Below, in pieces: positions 1 through 13,461 of a stretch of DNA of 64,000 bases. Position 1 is the stretch's first letter; each line of letters opens with the position of its first letter. This stretch comes from Octopus vulgaris. Taxonomy: Eukaryota. The position numbers and the translations under genes are program-made. Where the stretch lies: NCBI GenBank assembly GCA_951406725.2, contig OX597819.1, positions 25,792,001 to 25,856,000 on the forward strand, given 5' to 3'. The notes beneath the pieces are model-generated. The model was not told the DNA's origin. It ran no database searches and saw only the letters and a list, made by a program, of their open reading frames with translations.

Positions 1-160
1 ATAATACAGCGTAAATTTTATCAATATACGGTATATACTTATAAGTATATACATACATGAATACATTCACCCGCACACGCTCAAACACAAACACACACAT
101 ATATATTATTTACATTATTTACATTGGGCAGATATGTGTCCTCATATTGCTTGTTGTCAC

Positions 161-204
161 CACAATGTTTCAACTGATTTACTCTCTAGCCTTCATCAGG
201 TGTC
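161..204 (-). ncRNA. Decayed type-I hammerhead ribozyme (Penelope/retrozyme-type)
   Basis: Minus strand reads gacac-CTGATGA-a-ggct..agtt-GAAA-ca-TT-gtg. An inverted copy at about 445-545 has lost the core. Confidence 0.55.
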
Positions 205-548
205 CTCGTAGAAATTTGAACCCAACCCTGGGATCTCATCCCTAAGGTATTTTTGCTGATGATGTTATTAACAAATTCTTCTCCTTATTTTTTAAATATT
301 CTTTTTTTCCATTTTCTTTTTTCCTCTTTCTTTCTGTCTTTATTTTCGCATGTTATAAAATTGAAACTTTAAGACTAATGATGTCATTCCATCAAGGTGT
401 CGACGCTGGTGGTTCTCGTTCATACTTTAAATTTTATTTCTCCCAGGACACCAAGGGTGGAGAGTAAATCTGCCGAAACGTTGTGGTAACTACAAACAAG
501 ATGAGAACACATACCCGTCCAATATAAATAATGTACAGAATTCTTCAT

Positions 549-585
<37 letters not shown>

Positions 586-706
586 GGTGGCTGAAACGTG
601 TAAATGAATAACAGAATATATATATCGTGAAGTATATTTGTCACTTAAATGCGGCTAAACCTTTAAGGTGAATGCTACTGTAGCTTGTAGCCCCGGAGAT
701 TTATTA

Positions 707-785
<79 letters not shown>

Positions 786-3700
786 TCTCCAACAATGGCT
801 TAACTGGCCGAAACTTCGAAGTGACGGTCAACAACAGTCTTGTATAAGAATAATGAATATATATATATATATATATGTGTATGTATCTGTGTGTGTGTGT
901 GCTCGCGCGCCTGTGTATTTAGTATTTGAAAATTATGTGAATCCATTTGTTTACACATTGGAAGATGCTTTTCGTTTTCTTCGTGGACTAATTAAGTTTG
1001 AAATAAGTCATTTATACGAAGTTAAAAAAGTTGAAAGCTTGTGACTTGCATTCGTTCTTCGAAGTATTATTCAGTGCTATCTCACTAAATTGGTTTCGTA
1101 AATTTAATATTTTTTTTCTGGCAGATTAATTTGGCACGAATCAATCCAGCACGTGATTGGAAATGTAAATGAGATATAATTTTTAGACACAACGCTCTCA
1201 ATACAAAAAGTTATGACAAAAAAAAAAGGAAATAATAATAAACGGATTTATTGTACATTCAGCCATTACGATTTACATCAGACAGACTGATTTTGTAACC
1301 TAGTACACATTTAGAATGATAATACAAAACAATAAAAAAGGCTTCTAATATTAACATTATGTAAACATTCGTTGCGGAATAATTCACAAGAGAATTGACC
1401 TCAGTTTATTTGTCTTGATTATGATAATAGCCTGTAAAGAAATTAAACGTCTTGAAACTTGCTTTTTATTCTTTCATTCTGTATCGTTTATTTTCTAAAG
1501 AATGGAACACTAATTTGTGAAATAGAGAAACAATTTCGAGAATCTTGTTTAGTGTATAACAAGTGAGCCAGTGCATTAGAAATTTAGTGACATTTGTGTC
1601 TGTACGTTTTGCGACATTTGAAACTACGAAGAAAGTGAAAAGAAACTATTAATATGTCACTCGAGTCCTTGATTATAAGTAACATTCCTCTGATACGGTT
1701 TACGAGGATTCTTGGTAGTGTATATGCGAGTAATTTGTGTGTCTAATTTTACGTACGTTAAAATAATGAGTGAAAAAATACATTGAGGTAGTATTAGCTG
1801 TACGATGATGTTAATGTACCTTCCGAGTGTGTGTAATTTTGATTCAGACTCAACCGGGTAAAATCAAACATGAAGATAGATGATATCGGTGACTTTGTAA
1901 AGAATCTGAAGCAGTGGTTCTTATCCGGGAAATAACAAAAATAAAATAAACATTTTCAAAAGCAAAAAGACTTTGTTACGTTTAAAATATTTATAGGGAG
2001 AGTATGTGAGGGCAGAAAGGTAACTGATGACGCGCCAGGATCCAATATATTTATATAATAATCACAACTCATGTTTAGAAATTGTCATAAAAATTTGCAA
2101 TGGAGGGGAACATATCTGAAAAATGACACATGCTGGTTGGAATAATTTAAGAAAATAGAAATAATAAACCATTATGCTTTTTTAATCATATTTTAAACGT
2201 AAAACATGCGAAGTGGAAAGAGGCACGGGGCTATAAAAAAGGGTGAAATAAGCTGACAAAGAACCATCAAAAGATAAAGAAAACAGCATAAAATATATGA
2301 TATAGAAAATATTGGGGAAAGCAAAGCAGACAAAAATAAGGTCTATGCTTAATATATTTAAGCAGGTCGGTGATCTTTCCTTACATTTGCTAAATAGACA
2401 TGTATGCAAATTCGTATCATGACCAAGTTTTTCTTCCTTGTAAATAGACTTAAATCTATTTTAGCAACAAATCCGGAGTAGCATGTGTTCCATTGCTTTC
2501 CAGTTGAAATATCTAAACTGGTTGATAAATATCGAAATAGTAGTATTGAGAATTTATACATTGACATCTGAATGACACCAGGTTTTTGCATTAAATAGGA
2601 AATGCATACAAGTAATTCATGAAATGTAACGTCCATTCTCATAACCAGCGAATAAAGCTCGTAATTCCTCAAAAGTAAACTGTTCAGTTGCTATACGTGA
2701 AGAAAGGAGCAATGGCATAGAGTTCGCAGGGACGTGCAGCGTGTGAAATTGAACTCATTAACGCTCCTATTGAAGACCAGTAGGACAGATATGAACAGAA
2801 AGAAATTTCTAGAAAGAGCGACGTTCTGAGAAAGATGGACTGGAACTATTGACTAGCGTTAGGCCTGGGGATTGGACACAAGAGCAAAATGAAGAAGAGA
2901 AACAAATAGAGCTGTAAGGCAGACCCAGCTATTCCTAAGGAGTGGAAACACTTGTATAATCAGAAGAAAAGAGCGAGAAAGGAGTCAATGAGCTGTGGAT
3001 CAAAGGACGGAATGTGACAGCAAGTGACCTTATGCCAACAAGTTGGGTGACCATTTTTAGCTTTGACCTCTAGTTTTAGTATTGGATCCACTTCTTGCAA
3101 ACATGCATATGATGGTATACTATAAAATTAATGGGTCACCAACAACATCTGTAGCTTAAACTAACTGCTTCGAGTGGTTGTCATTAGACGTAATCCTGTT
3201 GATCCAAAAGGAACGGCTACTCGGATACATCAACTGGTATGAAGAAAACATTACTTTTTTTATATTCTGATATGAATTTATCCTAGAATTGAATGAACTA
3301 AGCCATGGATATCATTGTTAAGTAAGGAATATGGCTTTTTAGGGTTTATTCAAGTTGTTTAGAAGAGATCAGCTTTCGATCAAATCTAGTCAAATAATTT
3401 CTCAAGTAAATCTATTTTAATGATGACTAAACGTGAGAAGGCAAATATAGCCAGGCTTGAATTCACAATGCTAAGAATTAGAAAAATATCTGCAGGCATT
3501 TTGTCTGTATCGATAACTACAATTCATCACTTTCACACGCATTAATCGTAAAATGAATATTTAAAAGCTTTCCCCCTCATTAACACCTACTAAAATGGCA
3601 AATTTTCCGCTAATTGACACTTGCACAAGATAAAGAGATCACAAAAAAATTTGAACTGGTTGAAGGCAAGACTGTTTGATTCGGAAAGTCGCTTCGTAGC

Positions 3701-3819
3701 CGTATATATCTTGGTTCAATTGCCCTTCAGAAAGCTTCTTCCTCCATAACACGTGTTTATCGATGTCTTATGGCACGCGTCTGGTATCCAGTAGACAGAA
3801 GCTGGGCGGATTGCGTTTC

Positions 3820-3890
<71 letters not shown>

Positions 3891-4121
3891 TGTGTGTGTG
3901 TATGTGTGTGTATGTGTATGTGTGTGTGTGTTCGTATCATTCTTGGTTCGCGTTCGGTGTTTGACCAGTATATTGGAAATTATGGAAACGAATTAGATTT
4001 AAAATAAACTTGATGTAGTACAGAGTCGAGAGGGTGGGTAATGAGTTCCTCATACATCATCTCCATGTTGAATACTCCTTCTCGAATGTAGTTGTTGACG
4101 AAAGTATGTATATAATATAAA

Positions 4122-4339
4122 TACTAGAGGGTGCTGAAAACTTCCAGGCTTTCGGTAAAAGAAAATACAGGAGTATCAGTTAATTATGATTATATTCTAC
4201 ATACCCACTTTTAAGATTCACACACTTATTGCAGTGGTCCTTCATCTTTTTTAAGACTTGTAAAATAATTTTGAAGCTTTGGTCCTTGAAACCAGGCCTT
4301 TCGCAATACAGTCCAGGAACTTTTCAGCCTGCCCTCATA
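4122..4339. mobile_element. Mariner-derived MITE
   Basis: Imperfect TIRs gagggtgctgaaaacttccaggct / agtccaggaacttttcagcctgccctc, TA at the ends, no ORF. Confidence 0.65.
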
Positions 4340-4515
4340 TAAAATATTCCTAAATAGCTTGCACATGCAAGTGCTACCAGTCGAAAGCTCCGAATACCGA
4401 AAGCTAGCAAGTGTGTGGAGGCATCAGGAGAGAATGCACGCCGTTTCGGTGCTTACCTCTTGACGGCATCAATGCGCTCCGGCCCCTCACACTGACATGA
4501 GGCCCCGCTTGCTAG

Positions 4516-4610
<95 letters not shown>

Positions 4611-4617
4611 GGTGTGT

Positions 4618-4850
4618 GGAGGCGCAATGGCCCAGTAGTTAGGGCAGCGGTTTCGATTCCCAGACCGGGTGTTGTGAGTGTTTATTGAGCGAAAACACCT
4701 AAAAGCTCCACGAGGCTCCGGCAGGGGGTGGTGATCCCTGCTGTACTCTTTCACCCACTCTTTCTTCTGTTGGCCTACTCGCTTAGCCAGCATTGTGACC
4801 AGCGATCTGTAACAACATCTGATGGTCTGGTCGGCCACTTGATCACGTGG
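4618..4850 (+). mobile_element. tRNA-derived SINE family A (tail type 2)
   Basis: Head ggaggcgcaatggcccagtagttag..ggtttcgattccc (A/B boxes) is shared with the copies at 8860, 14934, 15306, 39851, 52085 and 62622. Confidence 0.85.
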
Positions 4851-4852
4851 TA

Positions 4853-4883
<31 letters not shown>

Positions 4884-5235
4884 GTGTGTGTATGTGCATA
4901 TGTATGTGTCTGTAGATGCCTGTCGCTAACTGGATTTGGATGATGTAATCATGGTCATGAGATTGTGGTATCGATTTCTGGACCGAGCAAAGCGTTGTGT
5001 TCTGTTGCATAATACTTCGTTTCACGTTGCTCTCGTCCATTCAGCTGGCAAAAGTCAGTAATCCAGCGTGAGACCTGTGTTCTATCCAGGTGGTGTCAAA
5101 ATACACAACAGAATTTGTTTAAAGTGACCTAATATGGCTCAGAAAGACCCTATAATCTTTATATATATACACTGCTCGACTAAGGGTGGTGCTCTTGCAT
5201 GGCTGCAGTCAAATGACTGGAATGAGTAAAAGAAC

Positions 5236-5286
<51 letters not shown>

Positions 5287-5289
5287 ATT

Positions 5290-5875
5290 GTCAATAAATG
5301 TAGCTAGGGGTTAAAAAACCCCACCTACATTGCTAGAAATAAGAGCTAAAATGCTCCAATGCATTTAGTTAACGCACATGAATGAAAACATATTCACTAA
5401 AGGATCTACAATTGTCCGAAAAATATTAGTTCTAGCAAAGTACGTGTTTTTTAACACCCTAGTCATATTTTGTAATAACTATAATTCTCCTTTTTTATGA
5501 AACATTGCAACCTGCTGTTTGGCTTAGTTTTGTGGATAGACATTAGCGAATCGCTAAATCATAAACTAATTTGAATGACAAAAATTATATACTAACAGAG
5601 AAATATGTCCGGAAATAGCCGAACACGGAGCTGGCTTAACTGATGATGGCAACGGAAAGTGCCGAAACTGACGCGTAAGTCTTAAGAATTCTCGGTCGGT
5701 ATTTTTCAGACAATTACGGTCCCTGTTAAAGTATATGTTTTCATTCATGTACTTTAACTACACAGTAGAGCATTTTAGCTCATATTTCTAGCAATGTAGG
5801 TGTTTTAACGCCCTAGTCACATCTAGTGATAATTATAATTCCCTTTTTGGGTGATACATTGCAACATCCTGTTTA
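5290..5875 (+). mobile_element. Retrozyme-like non-coding element: about 356-nt unit in partial tandem plus an inverted fragment
   Basis: 5431-5520 repeats directly at 5787-5875 (offset 356). 5300-5427 is an inverted copy of about 5697-5820. It contains a hammerhead and is homologous to 20430-21318 (-). Confidence 0.7.
5635..5686 (+). ncRNA. Type-I hammerhead ribozyme, intact core
   Basis: cttaa-CTGATGA-t-ggca(acggaaag)tgcc-GAAA-ct(gacgcgta)ag-TC-ttaag. Stem I cttaa/ttaag, GUC cleavage predicted after 5681. Confidence 0.85.
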
Positions 5876-5884
5876 CATTTATGT

Positions 5885-5938
<54 letters not shown>

Positions 5939-6336
5939 TTTTACTTGTTTCAGTCATTTGACTGCGGCCATGCTGGAGCACCGCCTTTAGTCGAGCAAAT
6001 CGACCCCGGGACTTATTCTTTGTAAGCCCAGTACTTATTCTATCGGTCTCTTTTGCCGAACCGCTAAGTGACGGGGACGTAAACACACCAGCATCGGTTG
6101 TCAAGCAATGCTAGGGGAACAAACAGAGATACACAAACATATTCACACACACTTATATATATATACATATATACGACAAGCTTCTTTCAGTTTCCATCTA
6201 CCAAATCCACTCACAAGGCATTGGTCGGCCCGGGGCTATAGCAGAAGACACTTGCCCAAGATGCCACGCAGTGGGACTGAACCCGGAACCATGTGGTTGG
6301 TTAGCAAGCTACTTACCAAACAGCCACTCCTGCGCC
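5939..6336 (-). mobile_element. tRNA-derived SINE family B (CORE-like, internal microsatellite)
   Basis: Nearly identical in reverse complement to 21401-21840. Contains ttgggcaagtgtctt and the tail ..gactgaaacaagtaaaa. Confidence 0.9.
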
Positions 6337-6388
<52 letters not shown>

Positions 6389-6520
6389 TGTATGTATGTA
6401 TGTATGTATGGCTGTGTGTACGGGTATAGATATCTGGGCGCATATTATTTGTCGTTGAGAAAACCAGAGACATTGATGCTTTTCAAAAGTATTTCATTGC
6501 AATATTGATTTTGCATTCAG

Positions 6521-6673
6521 TTACAAAAACGCTTTAAACATCGGAACCCTCACGACGGAAGTGATTCTGAAATTTCCGTATTGGGAACTTTTTTTAATAC
6601 TAACTGCAGCCATATTAATGATACACGTGACCTTAATAATCTTCAAATTGATAAATATTATTGAAATGAAAAC
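6521..6673 (+). CDS. Candidate internal exon encoding a transmembrane segment
   Basis: Acceptor ttttgcattcag, donor ac|gtaagt, 153 nt, open in phase 2: YKNALNIGTLTTEVILKFPYWELFLILTAAILMIHVTLIIFKLINIIEMK. Confidence 0.45.
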
Positions 6674-6984
6674 GTAAGTTACTTCATAGTGACTCATTAC
6701 AAATTTAATGATTTTAGTCCATGGAGTGTAGCCACACACATGTATTATATTTAAAGCTTTTAGCCTGACAGCAATCTCTGCACTTATTTCACTCTGGAAC
6801 ATTCCTCGTTGTTCTCTGTATATGAAATGATTAAATCAAATTTTACCGTAAAGGGTCACAACGTGATGTTTTTTAAGAATATATATACACATACAGTGTA
6901 TATTTTTATCGACAGTTTATGTATAGTTTCTGTTGCATGATTTTTCATCTTACTAAACCTCAAAGTTACAGATAAGTATACAGA

Positions 6985-7039
6985 CCAACACCGGCTGCCA
7001 AGCAGTGATGGGGGACAAAAAACACACACAAAGGTACTA

Positions 7040-7099
<60 letters not shown>

Positions 7100-7265
7100 G
7101 TGTGTGTGTGTGTATACTTCAGTTTTCGTCTACCAAATCCACAAACAAAACTTTAGACCGCCCGAGGCACCTATGGTAAACGAAACTTGCCAAGGTGTCA
7201 CGCAGTGGGATTGAACCCAAAAGCATGTGCTTAGGAAGCAAACTTCTTGTTCTACAGCCACACCT
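6985..7265 (-). mobile_element. SINE family B, decayed
   Basis: cagttttcgtctaccaaatccac..cttgccaaggtgtcacgcagtgggattgaaccc matches family B. Confidence 0.75.
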
Positions 7266-8372
7266 ATATCTGCTCTGCAGTTTTTCCAAATAATGATTGA
7301 AAGCGATGAGTAAGTGCGTCTTGCAAGTTTTCATAGCCCCACGCAATACTTGAGAATTAAACTTGTTGTCTGCATTCCCAGCAATGAAAGGTAAATTCAA
7401 CACTGACTAAAATGTTCTTAAGGTAGTTTGTATCACTGGCTATTGAGTTAACGATGTGTTCACTTCACAGCAATCTCATATATTTATCACAATCACATCA
7501 CTTCGAAAACATCGACAAATGAAAATTTACTATATAAATTTCGGGTAGAATTAAATTAAGCTGTCGTATTGAAGTATGAAGATTTTCTAGAAAATAAGTA
7601 GTTACATTTGGCTGTTTTTTTTTCAGAGGTTTCGTGGCCTTTCAGTTAGATAGTTATTCAACTCAATCTGCAATTATAAATAGTTTGAAAGATTCACAAT
7701 AGTCGTTTAGTATTGTATGATACGCTTCAATAAGCGCCTAATGTTTACAGACTTACTCATTTAGGTCTGAGGCAATGCAAAAAAAAAAAAGAAAATCACT
7801 CATTTAATCCGCCATATTAACACTAAGAGATATATATATAGTAGCAATTTTTAAAAAACCCAACATGTATTAAAATATGCGATTCAAAGCTATGACTCTC
7901 TAAGACCGGTTTTCTAATATCAAAAGGAAACTAAATGTATTATATTTCAAACATCCAGACTGCATATAATATTACTATTGTCTTTCGCAGAACATGTGCC
8001 CAGGGAATAAAAACCTTCGAGAAAAGTTACGTATCTTATCAGCTATATCACATCTCACCTTAATCAGAATGAGATAGAGTACATATGCATGACAGGAAAT
8101 CAATCTAATACTTGATATAATCTGCATAAATATATATTTAGAACATTACGGAGAAAGTTTTATCTAGCAACACGTTTTTGCACCAAAATAATATTCTAAC
8201 CTCCAAAATCAGATCTCATCTTTCTAGACAAATACAGAACAGACAACGCAGTTCTTAAAATTAATGCGTAGCAGATATCGTATTTTGAAACAAGAATGTA
8301 TAGCGAAGGAAAGCTGTACATGAAGCTATTTCTTGAGCCTGTGCGCTTGTTCGCAAGTGCGTGTGGCGCGTA

Positions 8373-8459
<87 letters not shown>

Positions 8460-8562
8460 GTTTGTGAGAGTGTGTGTGTGTGTGTGCGTGTGTATGTGTG
8501 TTAAATAAAATGTGACAATGAAACCAAGGCTGTGTGGAATTTATAGGACATTTATAAAAGTA

Positions 8563-8601
8563 GTCTTACAGTTGTTTCGGGGATAACACTTCATCAGAGA
8601 C
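8563..8601 (-). ncRNA. Minimal hammerhead ribozyme, core intact but stems II/III mismatched
   Basis: Minus strand gtct-CTGATGA-a-gtgttatcccc-GAAA-caactg-TA-agac. Stem I gtct/agac; caactg is one change from the palindrome cagctg. Confidence 0.6.
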
Positions 8602-8859
8602 GATATAAGATAGTTAACTAGAGGGAAATATATACATGCGCGTGCGTATGTATATGTTGTGTTCTATGTATATATCCTCGTGATCAATTGCGTGCATACG
8701 CGTGAGAGATTGTCAGGGAGATGGAATAACGCGAAGAAAGAAAAAGCAACTGTTGCTTTCTTTGCAGGTATTCTATCAGATGTTGATTAATGAACTGTTC
8801 CTTGTCAGACCAATTTTATACTAACATTGCATGTATTTTAAATGATATGGAAGAATGGT

Positions 8860-9220
8860 GGAGGCGCAATGGCCCAGTGGTTAGAGCAGCGGACTCGTGG
8901 TCGTAGGATCGCGGTTTCGATTCCCAGACCGGGCGTTGTGAGTGTTTATTGATCGAAAACACCTAAAAGCTCCACGAGGCTCCGGCAGTACTCTTTCACC
9001 ACAACTTTCTCTCACTCTTAATTCCTGTTTCTGTTGTACCTGTATTTCAAAGGGCCGGCCTTGTCACACTCTGTGTCACGCTGAATATCCCCGAGAACTA
9101 CGTTAAGGGTACACGTGTCTGTGGAGTGCTCAGCCACTTACACGTTAATTTCACGAGCAGGCTGTTCCGTTGATCGGATCAACCGGAACCCTCGTCGTCG
9201 TAACCGACGGAGTGCTTCCA
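8860..9220 (+). mobile_element. SINE family A (tail type 1), full length
   Basis: Family A head plus tail ..cacgttaatttcacgagcaggctgttccgttgatcggatc..cggagtgcttc. Confidence 0.9.
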
Positions 9221-10100
9221 TCCATGTAAGAATGAATGTGTGTATATTCATTACTCGCACGAGGATATGCGAAAATGTGCATGCTGACTTGTAAGCACTT
9301 ATATATCATATGTGTGTATATATAATTGCGCATGAGTGTGTTCGTCTCTATCTGTATACACACACACATACATACATATACACATACAAAGCCACACAGA
9401 CGTCCAAATAGAAACATATATACATGTACATTCATGTATAAGCGAATGTAGCTTTTTGCGTTGAAGAGGTTTGGCTAGTGCATGCTTATGGGCTTGTTAG
9501 CTTTTTATGATAAATCGTTAGCTTTTTATGATAAATTACATGTGTATATATTTGTAAGTGCGAATTGTGTTTGCTATAATTTGACGAAGTAACAGAAGAC
9601 CGCATTAGACCATATAGGTAATGGAAAAAGACTCCACCCTCCCCATACTATCCAATATCATTAACTAATATGTTATTGAACGTGATACCCTAAGTCTTTA
9701 TATTTTGTTCTTATTCGCTTTACTGTATACTTTGATTTTCGTTCAAGTTAATAACTATTTACTCTCACCCAGTTTTCTGCAGTATTTTCACTCATAGGGT
9801 GTTGGAAAACTGCTTGCCCCCGGCTTAAGGGTGGAACTGAAATCAAAATTAGAAGGTTGCAAAACGAAGTTTCAATCTAGACGTTCATAGTTCCGTGTTC
9901 CTGCACAGCTTTGATTGTGCTGGCGAGCCAGTTTTGTTTTAAAGGTACCCACATAAAAAGGTGTTGATCCTCTAGATTGATAGCGATTTTGGTCCTTTGA
10001 CATTATGCAATGGTTTCCTGTTCTACTGTTGGCGTAACTTTATGTGCCAAAGTTTGGTACACTTTCTTCGAGGTTTTCCAGTTGTATATCACTGCACACA

Positions 10101-10148
<48 letters not shown>

Positions 10149-10864
10149 ATGCGTGTGTATATATAGGTATCTATGATATATAATATATAATATATTATAT
10201 AGATATATTATGTATCTATATTTGTATATATATATATATATATGTCTTATATGTTATGTATATTATATATATATATATAAATATATATTTATATGTGTTG
10301 TATAGATATATTCTATATATATGCATTATGTGTAGATATGTGCGCGCGCTCGTGTATGTGTCTGTTTCTTTGTTGCGTGTGTATATGTCAGTGCTTTCGT
10401 TGTAGCTGATAGTGATTAGGATAGTTCAAACATCTGAATCTGCGTTGGTCTAGCATCAGTTTCGGAATTCGTTTATTAGGATTTGCTGATGTAACTTTGA
10501 ACATCTTTTATAACATCCCCAGAACAATCTACTTACTGGCATGGAGCCAGTTTCTTTTTCATTTATATTGATATTCGTTTCATCTTGCGTAATTTTATCT
10601 GCTTATTTTTCGTAATGTCAATGAAATCACCGACTGAATTATGATTAATAGGGGCTTCAAAGACTTCACTACAAACAGTGTTTATTGAGAGAAAATCTTT
10701 ATTCCAGGCTGCAGACCGGGAACTTTGTATTCGTAATGTCACATCAGTTACAGACAGCAATTTATCGCCGTCACCAGTGTGTTTTATTACATTTAAAATC
10801 GTTGAACACTTACTTTTTGTCTTGTCTTTCTGTTTACAAATAATATGTAATCACGCATTTACAG

Positions 10865-10935
10865 CCAATATTAAACCAGGTGAAGCTATAATATTAGCCA
10901 ACGGGGGTTTCAATCTGGTTGTTCGACATGCTAGC
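10865..10935 (+). CDS. Candidate internal exon
   Basis: Acceptor catttacag, donor agc|gtaaat, 71 nt, phase 1 to 0: (x)NIKPGEAIILANGGFNLVVRHAS. Protein-like composition, no family recognised. Confidence 0.35.
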
Positions 10936-13190
10936 GTAAATAACAAAATAAATAACGCCACCAATTTAATGCGTAGAAATAATTTCTAAACGTGCTGAGT
11001 ATATTTGTAAAACTTATTTGAAGAGAAATATCTTAAAGAGTACAATATTACCTCTGATCCTCGATTGGTAGACACAAGACCAGTCCCATTTTAATCATCA
11101 TATTAGCACTATGGGAAAGAAGTTTAATATCGAATGTAATGTTTTTACAATTTTTTTTCACACTACTGCAATAAGTTCCGCATGGCAAATCTTTGCAGAT
11201 ATCTTAACTCGAGATAAATCCAAGAGTTATCTACAACATACATGTAGTTAAAGTAGGACCAAGGGAAACTAAATTATGAGATCAGAAACTCGTCTTGTTC
11301 CTATGGCTGTAAGAACATAAATGAAATAAAAAGGCGAAGGAATAATACAGAAGGAAATACTGTATGATTACATTTAGTTGAATGGTTACCAGTCTCATTG
11401 GCACTTGCATCTCAGACTTGAGTCATAAAACCTCCACATACTACTTCTTCATGAATACACACCATTGCGTTGACATGCTATATATGTAGCTACAGACATT
11501 GCGATCATACTTACACTATTGCTGTTATTGCAAGTTTATTCAAAGTTCATGGCTTTATACAGATGGTAGTATTGGTTGTATTGGTATAAATGATGGTACT
11601 GGGTGTATTGCGTGTATTGGTATAGATGGTGCTATTGGTTGTATTGGTGGTGTGTGGTATAGTTGATATTGGCAGTGGTCATTTTGTTCTTGTTTATTGT
11701 ATTGTTATTCCTATTTAGCAAGTCAAACTTCGTGTACTTAAGATCAAAAACGATTTCATTCAACTTTTGTAAAATATTACCAAACTACAATAGCTTGTGA
11801 TAGTTTTCTGTTTTAGATAGATTTGCTAAACTTGTTCATACTGTTGTTGCCTTTGCTGTTGGTCATTGAGAAGGTGATAGGTTGGTGATAGCAGCGCCTG
11901 TATTTCTTTTCAGGTTCATGGGTATTGTGCTTATGTGTATTATAGTGGTGACGCTGGTGACGCTGGATTTTGATACCTTGATAGATATACTGGTACGTTG
12001 GCTGACAGAAAGATAGACAAAGAGACACTCATTGTAGAAATTTTCACAATGCAAGACGTTCATCTCACACTCCAGAAGGGTTTATAGTGACGCATACATA
12101 AACGCATGTATACATACACATACACATGCACATTCACACGTATATGTGTATTTATGTCCCATGATGACAGTATTTTTAAAGTGTTAATTATTTTGATCTC
12201 CGCTGTAGGGTGCCTCAAAGCGACCTTTTGGTTAAGAAGCTAGTCTAGTTTTTAAATTCTCAGGTTTCTGTAATGGCAAAAGTATAAAACGTATCCTGAA
12301 ATTAGTATAAATACCTTACAATTTACGTAAGCAGGAAATTCCGTAAACTGAGGTGGCACTGTGCGGGGATGCCTTACATTCATACATACATACATACATA
12401 CATACATACATACATACATACATACATACATACGTACATGCATATATACGCTCACACATACATACATATATATATGGTGTGTGTGTGCATGTTTGTATGC
12501 CTCTGTATTATATCGTAAAATGAGAAAGAAAACCGTATTTAGTGTTAGGTGTTTAATATTCAGCCTTCATAAGAAAGTATTTCAGATGCTGAACATAGCT
12601 GATCTAGTTCTGAAATTTTGCACCTATATCAAATGCGAAATTAAATCCTTAACGTGTCGAATGTAATGCTCAGTAATATTCCTTTCTTACGTATGGTGTT
12701 AAATATTTTATATCCTTAACACAGCCTGCTGAAATTTCACAACTGCTGATTGAATCTAGAATTCTACGACACGGGGAGTGATGATTTGTGGTGACTGTTT
12801 TCTTAATAATATCGTATCTATGCATCCCGATTATTAATTATTTCATGTCAGAAAATACTACCATTGAGAAAGATGAGACGGGTATCTATGTCCAATACGT
12901 TATCTACGAATATGGCTTCATAGCTTCAGATTCTTCGCATTGATGAGATTACGATTTCTAGTTTATAGTGTGGTGACAACTTCCATTAATATATAAGATT
13001 GATTGAAGTGGTGACATAGTAATGCGTCTTCTTAACCTGGCTCTCTGTCAAATGAAAGGAGATGAAAAACATTCTTAGATATCCTACTGCATAGCATTTA
13101 TACTATACTGCAACTGAGTTACGACTCCAACTAATTTACTTTCGGTTATTTTCAAACACGCACATACGCGCGCGTAATATTACACACTCA

Positions 13191-13256
<66 letters not shown>

Positions 13257-13427
13257 AGTATTTAACACACGTCTGGCAAGGTATCTACACACACACACAC
13301 ACAGATACATATATATATATACGTATATATATACATATATGCGGATGTATATATATATATATATTATACATTTATATGTATATATATATATATTATATAT
13401 CATATATATAAATAAATATATATATAC

Positions 13428-13461
<34 letters not shown>

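Noticed and set aside
8860-8935. tRNA gene
   Set aside because: It is the tRNA-like head of a multi-copy SINE that continues into body and tail.
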